NCBI GenBank assembly: GCA_020184695.1
Contig: JAANOX010000034.1
Location: 248,001 to 312,000, forward strand
Length of the DNA: 64,000 nucleotides
Direction: 5' to 3'
From: Histomonas meleagridis 2922-C6/04-290x
Lineage: Eukaryota > Protista > Parabasalia
Shown: positions 11,062-23,925 of the stretch, one piece after another
Layout of the letters: each line of letters begins with the position of its first letter
Numbering within the stretch: the first letter of the stretch is position 1
Position numbers and translations under genes: made by a program
Notes under the pieces: model-generated
What the model saw: only the letters and a program-made list of their open reading frames with translations
Told to the model about the DNA's origin: nothing
Database searches by the model: none

Positions 11062-13084
11062 TTATTTAATAGCATTTTCAAGAAGTTCAATAATTTCAGT
11101 GTTTCCTTTATCTTTTGCAATTTCAAGTGCAGTTTTCAATAAAGTAAATAAACATGAATTATATATTTGAAACCCAAAATTGTAAATATAAGCACACAAT
11201 AAGAGATATATTCATTTATAGCATTAAGATTAATGTCATCATGTTTAAGAAGTGCTTTAATTATCTCAACATTTTCACGTTCAGTAGCAAATAAAAGTGC
11301 TGTTTGGAACTTTATGAATAAATTCCAAATTTTAATGTAAAATATTAAATTATTGAAATAAGCCATAATTAAAATTAAGAAACATCTCTAGCATTTATAT
11401 CAATTCCTTCTTGTTCAAGAAGGAGTTTAGCAGCTTCAGTGTGATTTTTTGCACAGGAAGACATAAGAGGAGTCCAAAATATTTATTATATATTCCAAAT
11501 ATTATATTGATATCAGAAACTATTTAATTAATTTTCATATGTACAAAACAAATATCTTTTACATTAATATCAATTCCTTCTTGTTCAAGTAATATTTTAA
11601 CAATTTCTATATTACCAAAAAAGGATGCACAAATAAGTGGAGTATTAAACAATTTTATGAAATTTGAAAATAATTTATCAAATAATAAATTATTAAAATA
11701 ATCATTAAAATAATAATAAAAATATCTTTAGAATTAATATCTATACCTTTTTGCTCAAGAAGTAATTTAAAGATGTTTGTATATCCATATTCAGATGCAA
11801 TATGAATAGCTTTCCTAAATAATTTGAATTATTTCCAAATTTTATTTTTAAATATTAAATTTCTTGAATTAACTTTAATCAATTCAATAAAACATCTTTA
11901 GCATTTATATTTATACCTTTTTGATCAAGAAAATATTTCACAAGTTCAATATTTCCTGAAGATGTTGAGTAAGCTATAATATTACTTGGGATTTCTGTTT
12001 TTTCCATAAAATATTTAGAAAGATAAAGGTTTCCGTTACTTGCTGCTGTATTAAACATTGATTCATTAATATTTATTCCTTCATCTAGTAAAAATGAAAG
12101 AATTTCATAATTATCAAAAAAAACGCATTTCATTCCTAAATCAGTTAGATCAGGTACTTCAATTATCTTATTATTATACAAATATTTAAAGATATCATTT
12201 CGATGAAATTCAATTGCTGCTTCATATGAACTATATTTTAATGAATGATTTTGTTCACATAAATGAATTATTTCAGTATTTCCTCCTGCGATTGCATATT
12301 TACCTGTGCTTTCTAATTTTGCTCCATTCAACATCAAAAATTTAAAACATTTAATTGATCCAAAAAATGCTGCATAATCAATCAATGTAACATGATTATA
12401 GTTAACAAATGAACATTTCTCATAAAGTGATGGAATAATTCGTTGATTAAAATCAAAGTTCGCTTGTGATGATATTTCTTGAAGTTTTTCGATTTCATCA
12501 TTTCGAATTATTTTAGCAAGTTCATTTGGATTAATTCCTTCATGCATTAATTTCTGATGAAGTTCCCAATCATTCTGAGAAAGGTCATTGATGTTTTCTA
12601 CAAGATTTTTCCAAAACAAACTTTTGTTTTCATAATCAAAAAATTCATCCATCATTGGTGTTTTGTTTTTTATTGAGTTTGCTGTTTTTTCAATTCTATA
12701 TTGTGCAAAATAAATTGAATTCTTACTTTTTATTATATCTGATGATATTAAGTTTTCTTCATACATACTCCAAAGAAGATAATTTGCTCCATTTTTAGAA
12801 AAGAAATGACATATAACATAAAGAAAAATTTCTATAATATCAATGCCTTTTTCATTAATATGTTTTCTTAATTCTTTTAAAAAAAGCAAAAGCTGATTTT
12901 TATCATATCCTGTAGAGCAATAAAAAGAAAAGGCAATTCTGCATATATTAAGAGAAAAAGAATATGGATTTGTTTTATCAAATAATGAAATGATTTTATG
13001 AATTGATGAATCGATGCCTTCTTTTACAGAATTAAAAATAATATGTTCAAGAGATAAAATTGTGCTAAGGTTTTGCTGTGACAT
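11062..13084 (-). CDS. DUF3447-type ankyrin protein; first segment 13084-11888, four 102-nt cassettes and a terminal half-repeat (11139-11062), split by five 68-nt inserts
   Basis: ORF 11879-13084 ends GININAKDVLLN*. The cassettes read FRKAIHIASEYG, FNTPLICAS, FWTPLMSSCAKN, FQTALLFATERE; the last reads LKTALEIAKDKGNTEIIELLENAIK*. Confidence 0.85.
11140..11887 (-). repeat. 170-nt period array; inserts at 11140-11207, 11310-11377, 11480-11547, 11650-11717, 11820-11887
   Basis: Hand-counted: all five inserts are 68 nt and all internal cassettes 102 nt. Confidence 0.9.
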
Positions 13085-13089
13085 TTAAA

Positions 13090-13095
13090 AAATGA
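13090..13095 (-). promoter_or_regulatory. Inr-like element (TCATTT)
   Basis: TCATTTTTTAAATG directly precedes the start at 13084. Confidence 0.6.
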
Positions 13096-13849
13096 CATGT
13101 CATATATACAATTTTTTATATTCTATGGTCATATAGAATTATTTGAATCACCAAAAATTGAAAGAGAGAATGACAGTGAATGTCATTTTTTCTTTCAAAA
13201 TTTCTATGACATGTTCTAAGGTTGCTGTAGCTTCACATAGTGTAAGAAAAGAGAAAGTATTAATGGTCAAGATAATGATTGCAATGGTTTTAAATCGCGA
13301 TTATTATTGAAAAGGTGTAAACTACATGGAATATAGAAGAAGCAGTACTTTTTCTTTCCAAATCATTCATATCAAATGTTATCTTAATTTAATTGAAGAA
13401 TAATAAAAAACGAATTAAACTATTATAAAAAATTTCAACTCGCATAAGCAAATTAAAAATTGGTTAAGCTAATGATTTTGCTGAATTACAACAAAAAATT
13501 GCAGAACCGAATCAATTCTCAATAAATTTAAACTCAATTGGTTATTTTTGATTAAGATGCTATCTAGCATGTTTTTTGGCTTGATTTTACGTTTGGATCG
13601 ATGATAATTTAAATTAGTAAAATTTATACATAAAAGCAATTATTTCATTTGAATTTTTTCCGATGCCATCTACTAAAACTTATTCATATAACATTGTGGA
13701 ACATATTTATTCTTCTTATTAATAAAGAATAACATAATTTCATCATATTTGAATTGAGGATCATTTAATCGCCCTTCCAAAATATTATCAAATTTTTTAC
13801 GAACGATACATATGGAAACCGATGATTTATATTGAAAATATCATAATAA

Positions 13850-13857
13850 AACGGTTA
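13850..13857 (+). promoter_or_regulatory. M3-like (Myb-type) core promoter motif AACGGTTA
   Basis: 7 nt before the ATG at 13865; matches the T. vaginalis M3 consensus DRCSGYTD. Similar AACCGTT/AACGGTT motifs precede starts at 23926, 48232 and 52162. Confidence 0.55.
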
Positions 13858-13864
13858 GTTTCCA

Positions 13865-16800
13865 ATGTCGCACGAAGCACATGCAAACCTGAAAAATATT
13901 ATGAATTTGCTTGAAGCATTTCCACCAGACACAGTACAATGTAGTAAACTTAGTGCGCTAAGGAATTTTTTGGATTCTCTTCTCAGTTTTTTCTTAATTA
14001 GCAAATCGAAAACTAGCTCAATTGAAATCAGGAATCATTACCTTAATCGCCTTGAAAGTACATGTCCAAAGATTGAAAGAATTCTTATCAGATATAAAGA
14101 TTCTTTAGAATCTCTTGATGATGATGAATCAAAACGAAATGTCATTGCGTGTGGTGCATGTCTCTTTAACAGTCAAATTCCTTATAAATATTTTTCTACA
14201 TGTGAAAAAGTTGCATTTTTATTGCTTAGCATTGGTGTAACTTTTGATCCCGATCAATATAATGTATTTTCTGAAATTCTTCCCAACACAGAAGAGTCAC
14301 GAGTCTCTACCATTTTCCAACAATTATTATCAGGTGTTGATAATAAAGTATTTACATTATGGATCCATCATCTATCAGTCTTCATAATGTCAGATTCGTC
14401 AACGAAAATCGAAGATTCCTTTATCCTTAACTTTTTTGAGAATTCGGTTGAGAAGCAATATTCGTTATATGATAATGAGCAAGCGCGAGTATTAGTTCTT
14501 GGTTTTTTATCACGAAACACAAAACATGCATTACCCACAGTCATCAAATGTTTCACTGATTTTTTAAATCGACAATGGCGATATCCACGATTTGAAATTA
14601 AGCCAGCCATATTACTTCTCGTTAAGTTAATTAAAGAGTCATCCAGTCAATACATTGGTCAACTCTGTTTCCGCCAATTATGGTTTGGTACAAAGATACC
14701 CGAAAACTTAAGTTTCATATCGAACACATTTAATATGTATTCGAAGAATCCTATTGTATATATCAATTGGATTTTCTTATTTTATGACATTATGGTCTTA
14801 GATGATACATTATGGAGTAACATTTTAACAAAAGTCGAAGGTGAACATCTTGAAATTGTTAAACAATTTTCAGTATTTGCAGCGACTGATTTATTTCCGA
14901 GTTTCTTTGGGTTAAACAAGAAGAAATATTTAGAAATTAAATTCGATTTATCATCTACATGTTTATTATCATTATCACAACAAAATGGATTATTCATACA
15001 GAACTTATCATTATTCTTTGAGAAGCCATGGAGCTTTGCAAAAGCGTTAAATTATTTCGATTTATGTACACCAGTACAAATCCTTGATGAATTTACATTT
15101 GATTTACCTAATAAACCTAATAACTCAATGCCAATTGAAACAATGACCAAATTATTCTGTTGTAAGAGGCCACAATTATTTGGTTCGTTTTTATTAGCAA
15201 TGAAATATTTAATTAAAGTTATTCCTCCAGTATTTCCATTCGATAATTCAAAGTTATTAACAGACGTTTTCTTAATGGAATTACTTCAAGGTTTAAATTC
15301 ATTAGAAATTTTAGAATCGAAATTATTACTTGAAGCATTAATCGAAATTTTGAATGAACCTATAGTTAGGAAATCATTTCCATCGAATGTTTTTTCTTAT
15401 TATCATCAAATTTGTATATGTTATTGTTGTTCGAATGATAATAATTTACAAATTTTAGCATTTAAAGGTATATGTAATTCAATAATATATGCATTTCCAG
15501 GATTTGAATATTCATCGACGGCATTTTTATGTTTATATAAGAACTTTTATAAGAACTTTGATATTAATTTAATATCAAATACATTTTCATCATTAATTAC
15601 ATTATATAAAACTTATCCAATGAATTTAAACTCATTAAAGAGTTATCTTGAAACACGATTTAAATCAAATGGATCATTCTTTAATTCACGAATTATACAT
15701 CGTATTCTTAAAAAGAAGAAAATTGAACCCATTAAATCATATATTAAATTCTGTGAGAAATTTAATGATTCGAATGTCTATTTATCATTATTCCATTCAT
15801 TAATTGAGTTACGATTATTACATGAAGATACAAATTCTATTATTAAATTCATTTTAAAAAATATTTCCATAATTAAGAAATGTGATTTTAATATTTTTAC
15901 ATTATTATTTACATTTTCTGATTTAACTAAAGATATATTACCATTAATTTCTAATTCATTATTAAATTTACAATTAGAAAAACCCGAATTAGAATTATTA
16001 ATATCGAATATAATATCAACGCAAAATGATTGTGATTATAAATCAATAAATGATACATTATATAAGACATTAATTAAACCTGATAACATTGATTTACAAA
16101 AGCGATTTTTATCAGATAATTTACGTTATCCATATTATATGGGCATATATTTTGATTCATCATATATTAATCCATTTGACCTTAAAGAACATCCATTTAC
16201 ATTAATCACTGATGAGAATGTATTATATTCATCGATTAATGAAGGTAATAATATATTATTAACACAAACATCAGAATATTGTATATCGACAACTAATGTT
16301 CGTCAATATATTCAACCTCATAATCGTAGAGCTTCATCATTCTCTATCCCAATGTTTACTGCTATGCCACCATTAGATAGTGATGAAGTATGGCCCACAA
16401 AAGAAAGTTATAAATTAAAATGTTTCGAAGATATTACTGAAGAACAATCAGATGTAATACTTGCACGGATTCAAACTCCGGCACAAAATCAACAAAATTA
16501 TTCAATATCTGCAGCATTTGATCAATTAGGAATTATCGAAAATGAAAATGTTCAAACTCCTTATCCACGATTAATTCAAACCAAGAATAACTTAAATAAC
16601 ATTAACTTATGTAAGAAAATATTCGATCAACATTTACGGAAACAAGAAACTATTAGTATTATATATATAAATATTGGTCAACATGATGAAGATAAAATTT
16701 TAAGTAATAATATACAAAACGTTTCAACAAAATTTTATAACTTCTTAAAACGAATCGGATTTTTAGTCGACTTAAATACACATATTGGATTTAATGGGAA

Positions 16801-17305
16801 TTTGGATCTAACAAAGAATGAAACGTCGGTATATTTCGCAGATTATTTAATAGAAGTTATGTTTAATGTTGCGCCTTTAATAGGACAAAAGATGGAAAAT
16901 GATGAAGTAATATTAGAAGAAAGAAAGAAAATCATTTCAAATAACTCAGTACATATTGTCTGGTGTGAAGATGACCAAACATTTAAACAGTTTTCATTGA
17001 TTTCGATGTTAAATCATTTCCATATTGTAATATATCCTTTTGATGATAACTTTTATGCAGTTCAAGTTTATGCCAAAGATACAATGCCAAAATGCGCCGG
17101 AATGAATGGTACTAAAATTGTAAGTCAAGGAGCATTAGCTGGATATGTTCGATGTTTAGCTACAAGAGCTCAAGCTGTATCGAACTATAAAATGTTGGCA
17201 GAAAATGCTAAAATTAAGGAAAAAGTGACACTGGAACAAATTCATGAAATACCGATAGAAACAAGTGAACAACTTTTCGTATCGTCGCTTATATATGAGG
17301 AGTAA
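13865..17305 (+). CDS. Large Rap/Ran-GAP domain protein (tuberin/RalGAP-like)
   Basis: C-terminal ISIIYINIGQHDEDKILSN...FYNFLKRIG...FNGNLD...SVYFADYLIEVMFNV...RKKIISNNSVHIVWCE is a RapGAP domain; the N-terminus is helical. Confidence 0.85.
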   Translation: MSHEAHANLKNIMNLLEAFPPDTVQCSKLSALRNFLDSLLSFFLISKSKTSSIEIRNHYLNRLESTCPKIERILIRYKDSLESLDDDESKRNVIACGACLFNSQIPYKYFSTCEKVAFLLLSIGVTFDPDQYNVFSEILPNTEESRVSTIFQQLLSGVDNKVFTLWIHHLSVFIMSDSSTKIEDSFILNFFENSVEKQYSLYDNEQARVLVLGFLSRNTKHALPTVIKCFTDFLNRQWRYPRFEIKPAILLLVKLIKESSSQYIGQLCFRQLWFGTKIPENLSFISNTFNMYSKNPIVYINWIFLFYDIMVLDDTLWSNILTKVEGEHLEIVKQFSVFAATDLFPSFFGLNKKKYLEIKFDLSSTCLLSLSQQNGLFIQNLSLFFEKPWSFAKALNYFDLCTPVQILDEFTFDLPNKPNNSMPIETMTKLFCCKRPQLFGSFLLAMKYLIKVIPPVFPFDNSKLLTDVFLMELLQGLNSLEILESKLLLEALIEILNEPIVRKSFPSNVFSYYHQICICYCCSNDNNLQILAFKGICNSIIYAFPGFEYSSTAFLCLYKNFYKNFDINLISNTFSSLITLYKTYPMNLNSLKSYLETRFKSNGSFFNSRIIHRILKKKKIEPIKSYIKFCEKFNDSNVYLSLFHSLIELRLLHEDTNSIIKFILKNISIIKKCDFNIFTLLFTFSDLTKDILPLISNSLLNLQLEKPELELLISNIISTQNDCDYKSINDTLYKTLIKPDNIDLQKRFLSDNLRYPYYMGIYFDSSYINPFDLKEHPFTLITDENVLYSSINEGNNILLTQTSEYCISTTNVRQYIQPHNRRASSFSIPMFTAMPPLDSDEVWPTKESYKLKCFEDITEEQSDVILARIQTPAQNQQNYSISAAFDQLGIIENENVQTPYPRLIQTKNNLNNINLCKKIFDQHLRKQETISIIYINIGQHDEDKILSNNIQNVSTKFYNFLKRIGFLVDLNTHIGFNGNLDLTKNETSVYFADYLIEVMFNVAPLIGQKMENDEVILEERKKIISNNSVHIVWCEDDQTFKQFSLISMLNHFHIVIYPFDDNFYAVQVYAKDTMPKCAGMNGTKIVSQGALAGYVRCLATRAQAVSNYKMLAENAKIKEKVTLEQIHEIPIETSEQLFVSSLIYEE

Positions 17306-17368
17306 ACGGTTATTTAATCTGGAAAAAAAAAATGTTTTATAACATGTGAACAACAATTAATAAATTTT

Positions 17369-19422
17369 TTATTTTGTGTATTCTTCTTCAGTATATTCTT
17401 CTTCGTCATAGTAATCAGAATAATCTGATACTGAGTAATATGATACACTTTCATCATCAAGTTCTAATGTTTTAAAATAATTTATTTCATTGTCTTTGGT
17501 TTCACGTACATTTTTAAGTAATAAATTTGCAATTGTATAATTTTTCATTTTATAAGCAATTGAAAATGTTGAATCAAATTATTAAAATAAACACCATCAA
17601 ATTGTAGAAATTAAATTTTAATATGATATAAAAACATTTTTTGCATTAGTATCAATATCTTTTTGTCTTAAAAGTTTTCGAACTATTCCATAATGATTAC
17701 ATCGTGACACTTTTATAAGAACTGTATTAAATTTATGAAATAAATATAAAATTTTCTTTTGGAACAGAAAAAAAATCATATTAACAAGAAAACTTAAAAA
17801 TAAATATCTTTACAATTAATATCGGTATTTTCATTTTCAACAAGAAATTTAACAACAGTATAAAATCCTTTTTCAGATGCTTCCATTAAAGCTGTATAAA
17901 ATTAATTTGAAGAACGCCAAATAATAAAACAAAACAAAGAATTTTATATTTTAATATTATAACAATCAAAAAAATATCTTGATTATTTATTTCAAGATCT
18001 TTATGTTGAAGTAAGACTTTAACAGCTTCAACACTTCCATTTTCACAAGCAAATGCTAATGCAGAACAAAATCATATAAATAAATTCCAAATCAAAAAGA
18101 AAAATATCACAAAATAATTTATAATAACATTTCTTTCATTTAATAGTTTTGGATATTTTTTAAGTATATAATTTATAACTTCAACTGATCTCTTTGAACG
18201 AGCACTCATAAGAACTGTAAAAAACAAAATGAATAAATTCCAAAAATATCATAAAAACATCAAAACAAGAAAAAAAACTGGTAAAAAAACTAAAAAACAT
18301 TAGGATTTGAAGCCTTACCATCTTTTTTTTAAGATAAATATTTAATGAATTCAAGATTCTCTGATACGCCACACATATAACCTATTTTTCTTGAGATATT
18401 TTTATTTCCTATATAACTCTTTAAAGAAATGGATTTCCATTTACCAATTATTTTCTTAGAAGTCATTTTTAATCCATTATTAATTAAATAAGTAAGAATT
18501 TTACAACAATAATTTTCAATACATTCATTAACAACTCCATCATTAAATTCTTCGAGATTATTTTCATAAATATAATTAAATATTTCATTTCGATGATATT
18601 TAATTGCATACATATAAGAACGTTTAAAACTTAATCCTCGTTTAGCACATAATTTAAGAATTTCAATTTGATTTCCAGCAACTGCAAATAAAACAGAACG
18701 AGCAAAATGCATTTCATCTGATTTCTCAGCAAAATATTTAAAACATTTCATAGCTCCAAAATATGCACAATATTCTATTAAGAAATTTGGACTATTCTTT
18801 AATATAAAGTTATTTCTTTCATAAAGGAAAAATCCAATTGCATTAACATTTTCTTTTTGAATTATTCCTTTCAGTTTTTCAAGATTATCTTTACAAATTG
18901 CATCTACAATTGGTGATGGTTTTCTTCCTGGATGAATAAATGTAATATGTCTTTCCCAATTATTTCTTTTAAGATTTTCAATTCCAACAGCCAATTCTTT
19001 TCCATAAGGATAATCATAAAGATTAAATTTTTCTTTCCGATGTGCAAAATATAATGAATTTATATCTGCAACAAACTCTGATTGAATGAGATGCTGTTCT
19101 ATCATTGTTTCTAAAAGAAAATATGCTTCTTGTGGATTTAAACCATAAAGAAATTGACTAAATTGTTGAATTAATGAAATATTAACATTATAAAGTTCTT
19201 TTTCCTTAGATTCAACTAATTGTAAATAAACTAAATATACTTTTTCATTTTTTGTAACTGAAGCATATCCATCATAAGTTAATTTAATAAGAATTTTATT
19301 GAATGAATATGGAAAGACAGAATTATAGTTTCTTGTACAGAAGTTCCAATATTTTCTTGCTTATATAAATCAATTGTGATTTTTTCAGATGTTTGAGTAA
19401 CTTGATTTCCAGCAATCCACAT
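17369..19422 (-). pseudogene. DUF3447-type ankyrin gene with five inserts (68, 51, 68, 68, 51 nt) and an acidic C-terminal tail; frameshift near 19320 and in-frame TAA at 18331-18329 (pseudogene or sequence error)
   Basis: Starts MWIAGNQ at 19422 and continues into ORF 18329-19105 (IEYCAYFGAMKCFKY). Inserts at 18225-18292, 18072-18122, 17902-17969, 17732-17799, 17579-17629. The last cassette reads FDSTFSIAYK...DDESVSYYSVSDYSDYYDEEEYTEEEYTK*. Confidence 0.72.
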
Positions 19423-21069
19423 TTTTAAGCTAAAACGAATATTTCTTCGATCCTTCTCAATTGACTTGTTTTCACACAAACAACTCCAACCGCCAAAATA
19501 ACCTCATTTAATATTAAACAACTGTTTAATTGTTATTAAGATTTGGGAAAGTGGTTACGTCTAATTATTTTCACAAAAAATTTTTTAGCTTCTCTTTGTT
19601 TTTCCATTGGTAAAAAGTGACGATATATTTCTTTTTCAACGAAAAACACATTATTTAAATCAAGAATAAAAAAATCGACTCTTTTTTCTATCATTTTCAG
19701 ATATGATTGTGACTATGATTTGATTGAAATGATATTAAGGTTTCATTAAGATTCTTCTGCTGAGTTTTGAGAAAAAGTTGTTAGAATATGCATATAAAAC
19801 ATGTTTTCTTATACCAACGAGTATTTTCTATCCAAAAAGTTTATAACCATAAAATATTTGAATAATAAATTACGGTTTCTAAACCGTCGTACAAAATACT
19901 AATTTTTTATCGAAATTCAGCAGAAAAAATCTTTAAATATTTCGAATTAATGAAATATAGCAAATGTAAATTATTATATGAAATTTTAAATAGAAAAAAA
20001 AGTGAGTTTCTAGAGTCTTAATGATCTTTCGGCATGTAAATTTTCATAATAAATTCACTTTTTCTCAAAATCGATAATATTTATTTTAGAAAAAACCTAA
20101 TAGCATATTTAGCAATGTTATTGTGCATATTAATATATATAAACAATCAAAAAATTATTTCATAATTTGTTGATCAAATTTCGAAATATTCAATTCATAT
20201 AAATAAAAGTCATATGCTCAAATAATCCGAATCTAGCCAAATAATTTTTACTACAAAATTCTTTTAATGTTTTAAGTGTATATACTTGAAAAAGTAATTA
20301 CAAATTTTCTGAAGGTACATCTCCGAGTCTGAACAATCTGATTTGGGTTCAAACGATTTTCGGTTTAACCACAAAAAGTGATTGTTCCTGTTTGAATTCC
20401 TTGGGGTTGAACAGCCCATGGTCTCCATTAATCTATGTGTAACAAATATTTTTAATTCTAAAGTTTTGAAAAGAAAATATTATTTAAATATATATCATAT
20501 GTTATATACTATGAAAATGGATGGTGTTAGTCCAAATTTTTGGAGAATTTAATTTAGAGATTGAAAATTGAAGAAATATAAAATAAGTCGTGTAAACTAT
20601 CATAAAATTAATATCATGATTATACTCATTTTTTTATGAATAGCTTTTATATAAAATTTCATATGGAAATTATTTATTATCTTTTATTTTGGATCATTTT
20701 AATATATTTAAAAAATAATTCAAGTATTATTTTACTTCGTGGATACATGTTGCCATATAAAATTAATAATTTTCACAATAAATACAACTTATGTCATAAA
20801 ACCTTTTTTATTTGACTTTAAGAAAGCATTATAAAATCATATTTAACAGATTTTATATCATTCTAGTGGACATATCAAAAAAATTTTGACTGTATTTGAT
20901 ATAATTTACTTAACCTTAGGTATAACATACATTTTATTATAAATGTCTAACTACCCCCACGAATTTGAACAAAAGATTTTTACAGGCACCTCCCAATTGG
21001 TGATATGTGTACTTTACATCAAATTCGAATATTATCGGAATTGGTCTGCGGTTGTGCAATTTACCCATT

Positions 21070-23149
21070 AATAATTTCCAAATATTATTTTGAAAATTTA
21101 AATAATTAAAATAAATTTCAAATAAAACAAATAAATATCTTTAGCATTAATATCAATTCCTTCTTGTTCAAGAAGTAATTTAACTATTTCTGTATAACCA
21201 TTTTCAGATGCATACATAAGTGCTGTTTTAAATAATTTAAATAATTTCCAAATATTATTTTGAAATATAAAATTATCAACACAAATCTTAAATAAAACAA
21301 ATAAATATCTTTAGCATTAATATCAATTCCTTCTTGTTCAAGAACTAATTTAACTATTTCTGTATGACCATTTGAAGATGCTCTCATAAGTGCTGTATTA
21401 AATAATTTAAATAATTTCCAAATATTATTTTGAAATATTAAATTATTAAAATAAATTTCAAATAAAACAAATAAATATCTTTAGCATTAATATCAATTCC
21501 ATTTTGTTCAAGAACTAATTTAACTATTTCTGTATGACCATTTCTAGATGCATAAATAAGTGCTGTATTAAATAATTTAAATAATTTCCAAATATTATTT
21601 TGAAATAAGAAATTATTAAAATAAATTTTCAATAAAACAAATAAATATCTTTAGCATTAATATCAATTCCTTCTTGTTCAAGAAGTAATTTAACTATTTC
21701 TGTATGACCATTTTCAGATGCATATATAAGTGCTGTTTTAAATAATTTAAATAATTTCCAAATATTATTTTGAAATATAAAATTATCAACACAAATCTTA
21801 AATAAAACAAATAAATATCTTTAGCATTAATATCAATTCCTTCTTGTTCAAGAACTAATTTAACTATTTCTGTATGACCATTTCTAGATGCATACATAAG
21901 TGCTGTAAAAAATAATTTAAATAATTTCCAAATATTATTTTGAAATATTAAATTATTAAAAATAAATTTCAAATAAAACAAATGAATATTTTTAGCATTA
22001 ATATCAATTCCTTCTTGTTTTAAAACGTATTTAACAAGTTCAATATTTCCTGATCCAGATGAAAATACCAATGTGTCATGAGGAATTGCATGCTCTTTTA
22101 GAAAATATTCAACTAAAAAAATATTTCCAATAATTGCTGCTTCATTAATAATATCATCATTGGTTTTCATTCCTTCTTTAACTAAAAATGAAAATATTTC
22201 ATAATTATGATATAAAATACAAAGCTTTCCTAATTCTTCTAAATTATTAATTTCTTTTAATTTATTTTCATAAATATATTTAAAGATATCATTTCGATGG
22301 AACTCAATTGCTGCTTCATATGCATCTTCAAATGATGAATGATTTTGTTCACATAAATGAATGACTTCAAGATTTCCACCTGCAACTGCATATTTACCTG
22401 TGTTTATTACTTTTGCACCATTCATAAGTAAATATTTAAAACATTGAATTGATCCAAAAAATGCTGCATAATCAATTAATCTAACATTTCCTTTATTAAC
22501 TAAAGAACACATTTCATAAAGTGATGGAACAATAAATTGATTAAAATCAAAATTTGTTTGTGATGATATTTCTTGAAGTTTTTCTATTTCATCATTTTCT
22601 AATTATTTTTGCTATTTCATTTGGATTATGTCCTTCTCTGATTAATTTCTTATGTAATTCCCAATCATTCTTTGAAAGTTCTTCATAATTTGGTAAGACA
22701 TGTACAAATAAATGTTTCCTTAAACCGATTGATTCTTTATCTTTAGACACATGATGCCCAAAATAAGCACTCTTGTTGTTTTTTACAATGTTTGGTTCAA
22801 GAAAATTATGTTCAATCATAGCTTCAAGAAGATAAAATGATTCATATGTATGTTTATTATTAAGAAATCGCCCAAATATATCAAATATATTCGATTTGAT
22901 TTGATTATTCTCTTCAAATGTTCTTATTTCTTTTATAATATTTAAAAATAAATCCACTTTATTATTTTTAATCACAAAGGAATAATATATCATTTGAATA
23001 ATAATTAAATCATAAGATAAAGGATGGATTTTATCAAATTTGTTGACTATTAAATTTAAAGATTTAGAGGAATTCTCTTCATTCAAACTAAAAATTGCTT
23101 GATTTATTGATATAAATGTTTCCCATTTGCAAAGTTCATTTGGCCTCAT
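21070..23149 (-). CDS. DUF3447-type ankyrin gene; 5 complete cassettes, 6 inserts, truncated inside the last insert; 1-nt frameshift near 22600
   Basis: ORFs 22592-23149 and 21694-22512 join. Inserts at 21913-21981 (69 nt), 21743-21810, 21573-21640, 21403-21470, 21233-21300 (68 nt each) and 21070-21130 (partial). Confidence 0.8.
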
Positions 23150-23903
23150 GTGGAAAATATTAATAACGGATATACCAATTCAAATTTGAATTAAAATTTG
23201 AGAGTATAAACCAGTGAAAAAGTTGAATTTATCAAGCAAAAATGAAAATGCCATATTTCATAAAATAAAATAATAAAAGTAAGCTTATTATTATCGCCAA
23301 TTAAAAGTACATTCCAAATTATTAAAACATATTATAAAATATTCAAAATAATAAATTTTGGATTAACATCAATTCCTTCTTTATCTTAAAGTTATTTTAT
23401 TATTTCTAATTGATATATAAAGTGCTGTTTCAAATTATTAAAACAGTCAACGAACGATCCTCTTTCCAGAATTCCTTTTAATTATTAATTTATATGCACA
23501 GTCAATACTACTGATCAGGCTATCCTAAAAAACTTTCTAACACAATTCTACATCAAAATATTTAAGGGAATCGTTTATTCCGTCGGACAGACCTAGTCAA
23601 AATCTATGATTCAAAAATTTTGGCGGGCAATAACAACAACAGAAACCATGGCAAACCGACAAGAAATTAAAGCAAAATATTGTACTTTGGGTAAATAAAA
23701 AATTACCTAAATCAATAAAATAAATACAATTTGAGTAATTAAAAAAATGTTAAAATATTCAATAATATCAATTATAATTCTAATCTTTCATCAATCTGAT
23801 TTTTTATTGCCAATTTGCAAGTGTGTGTTTGGCGAAACAATAACGGCCACCACGTAAAGTTATGAAAAAATGGTACGATAGAGCATCACAGAAAAGTATT
23901 TGA

Positions 23904-23911
23904 AACCGTTA
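23904..23911 (+). promoter_or_regulatory. M3-like motif AACCGTTA
   Basis: 14 nt upstream of the ATG at 23926. Confidence 0.5.
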
Positions 23912-23925
23912 ATCTAATTTCTTTT

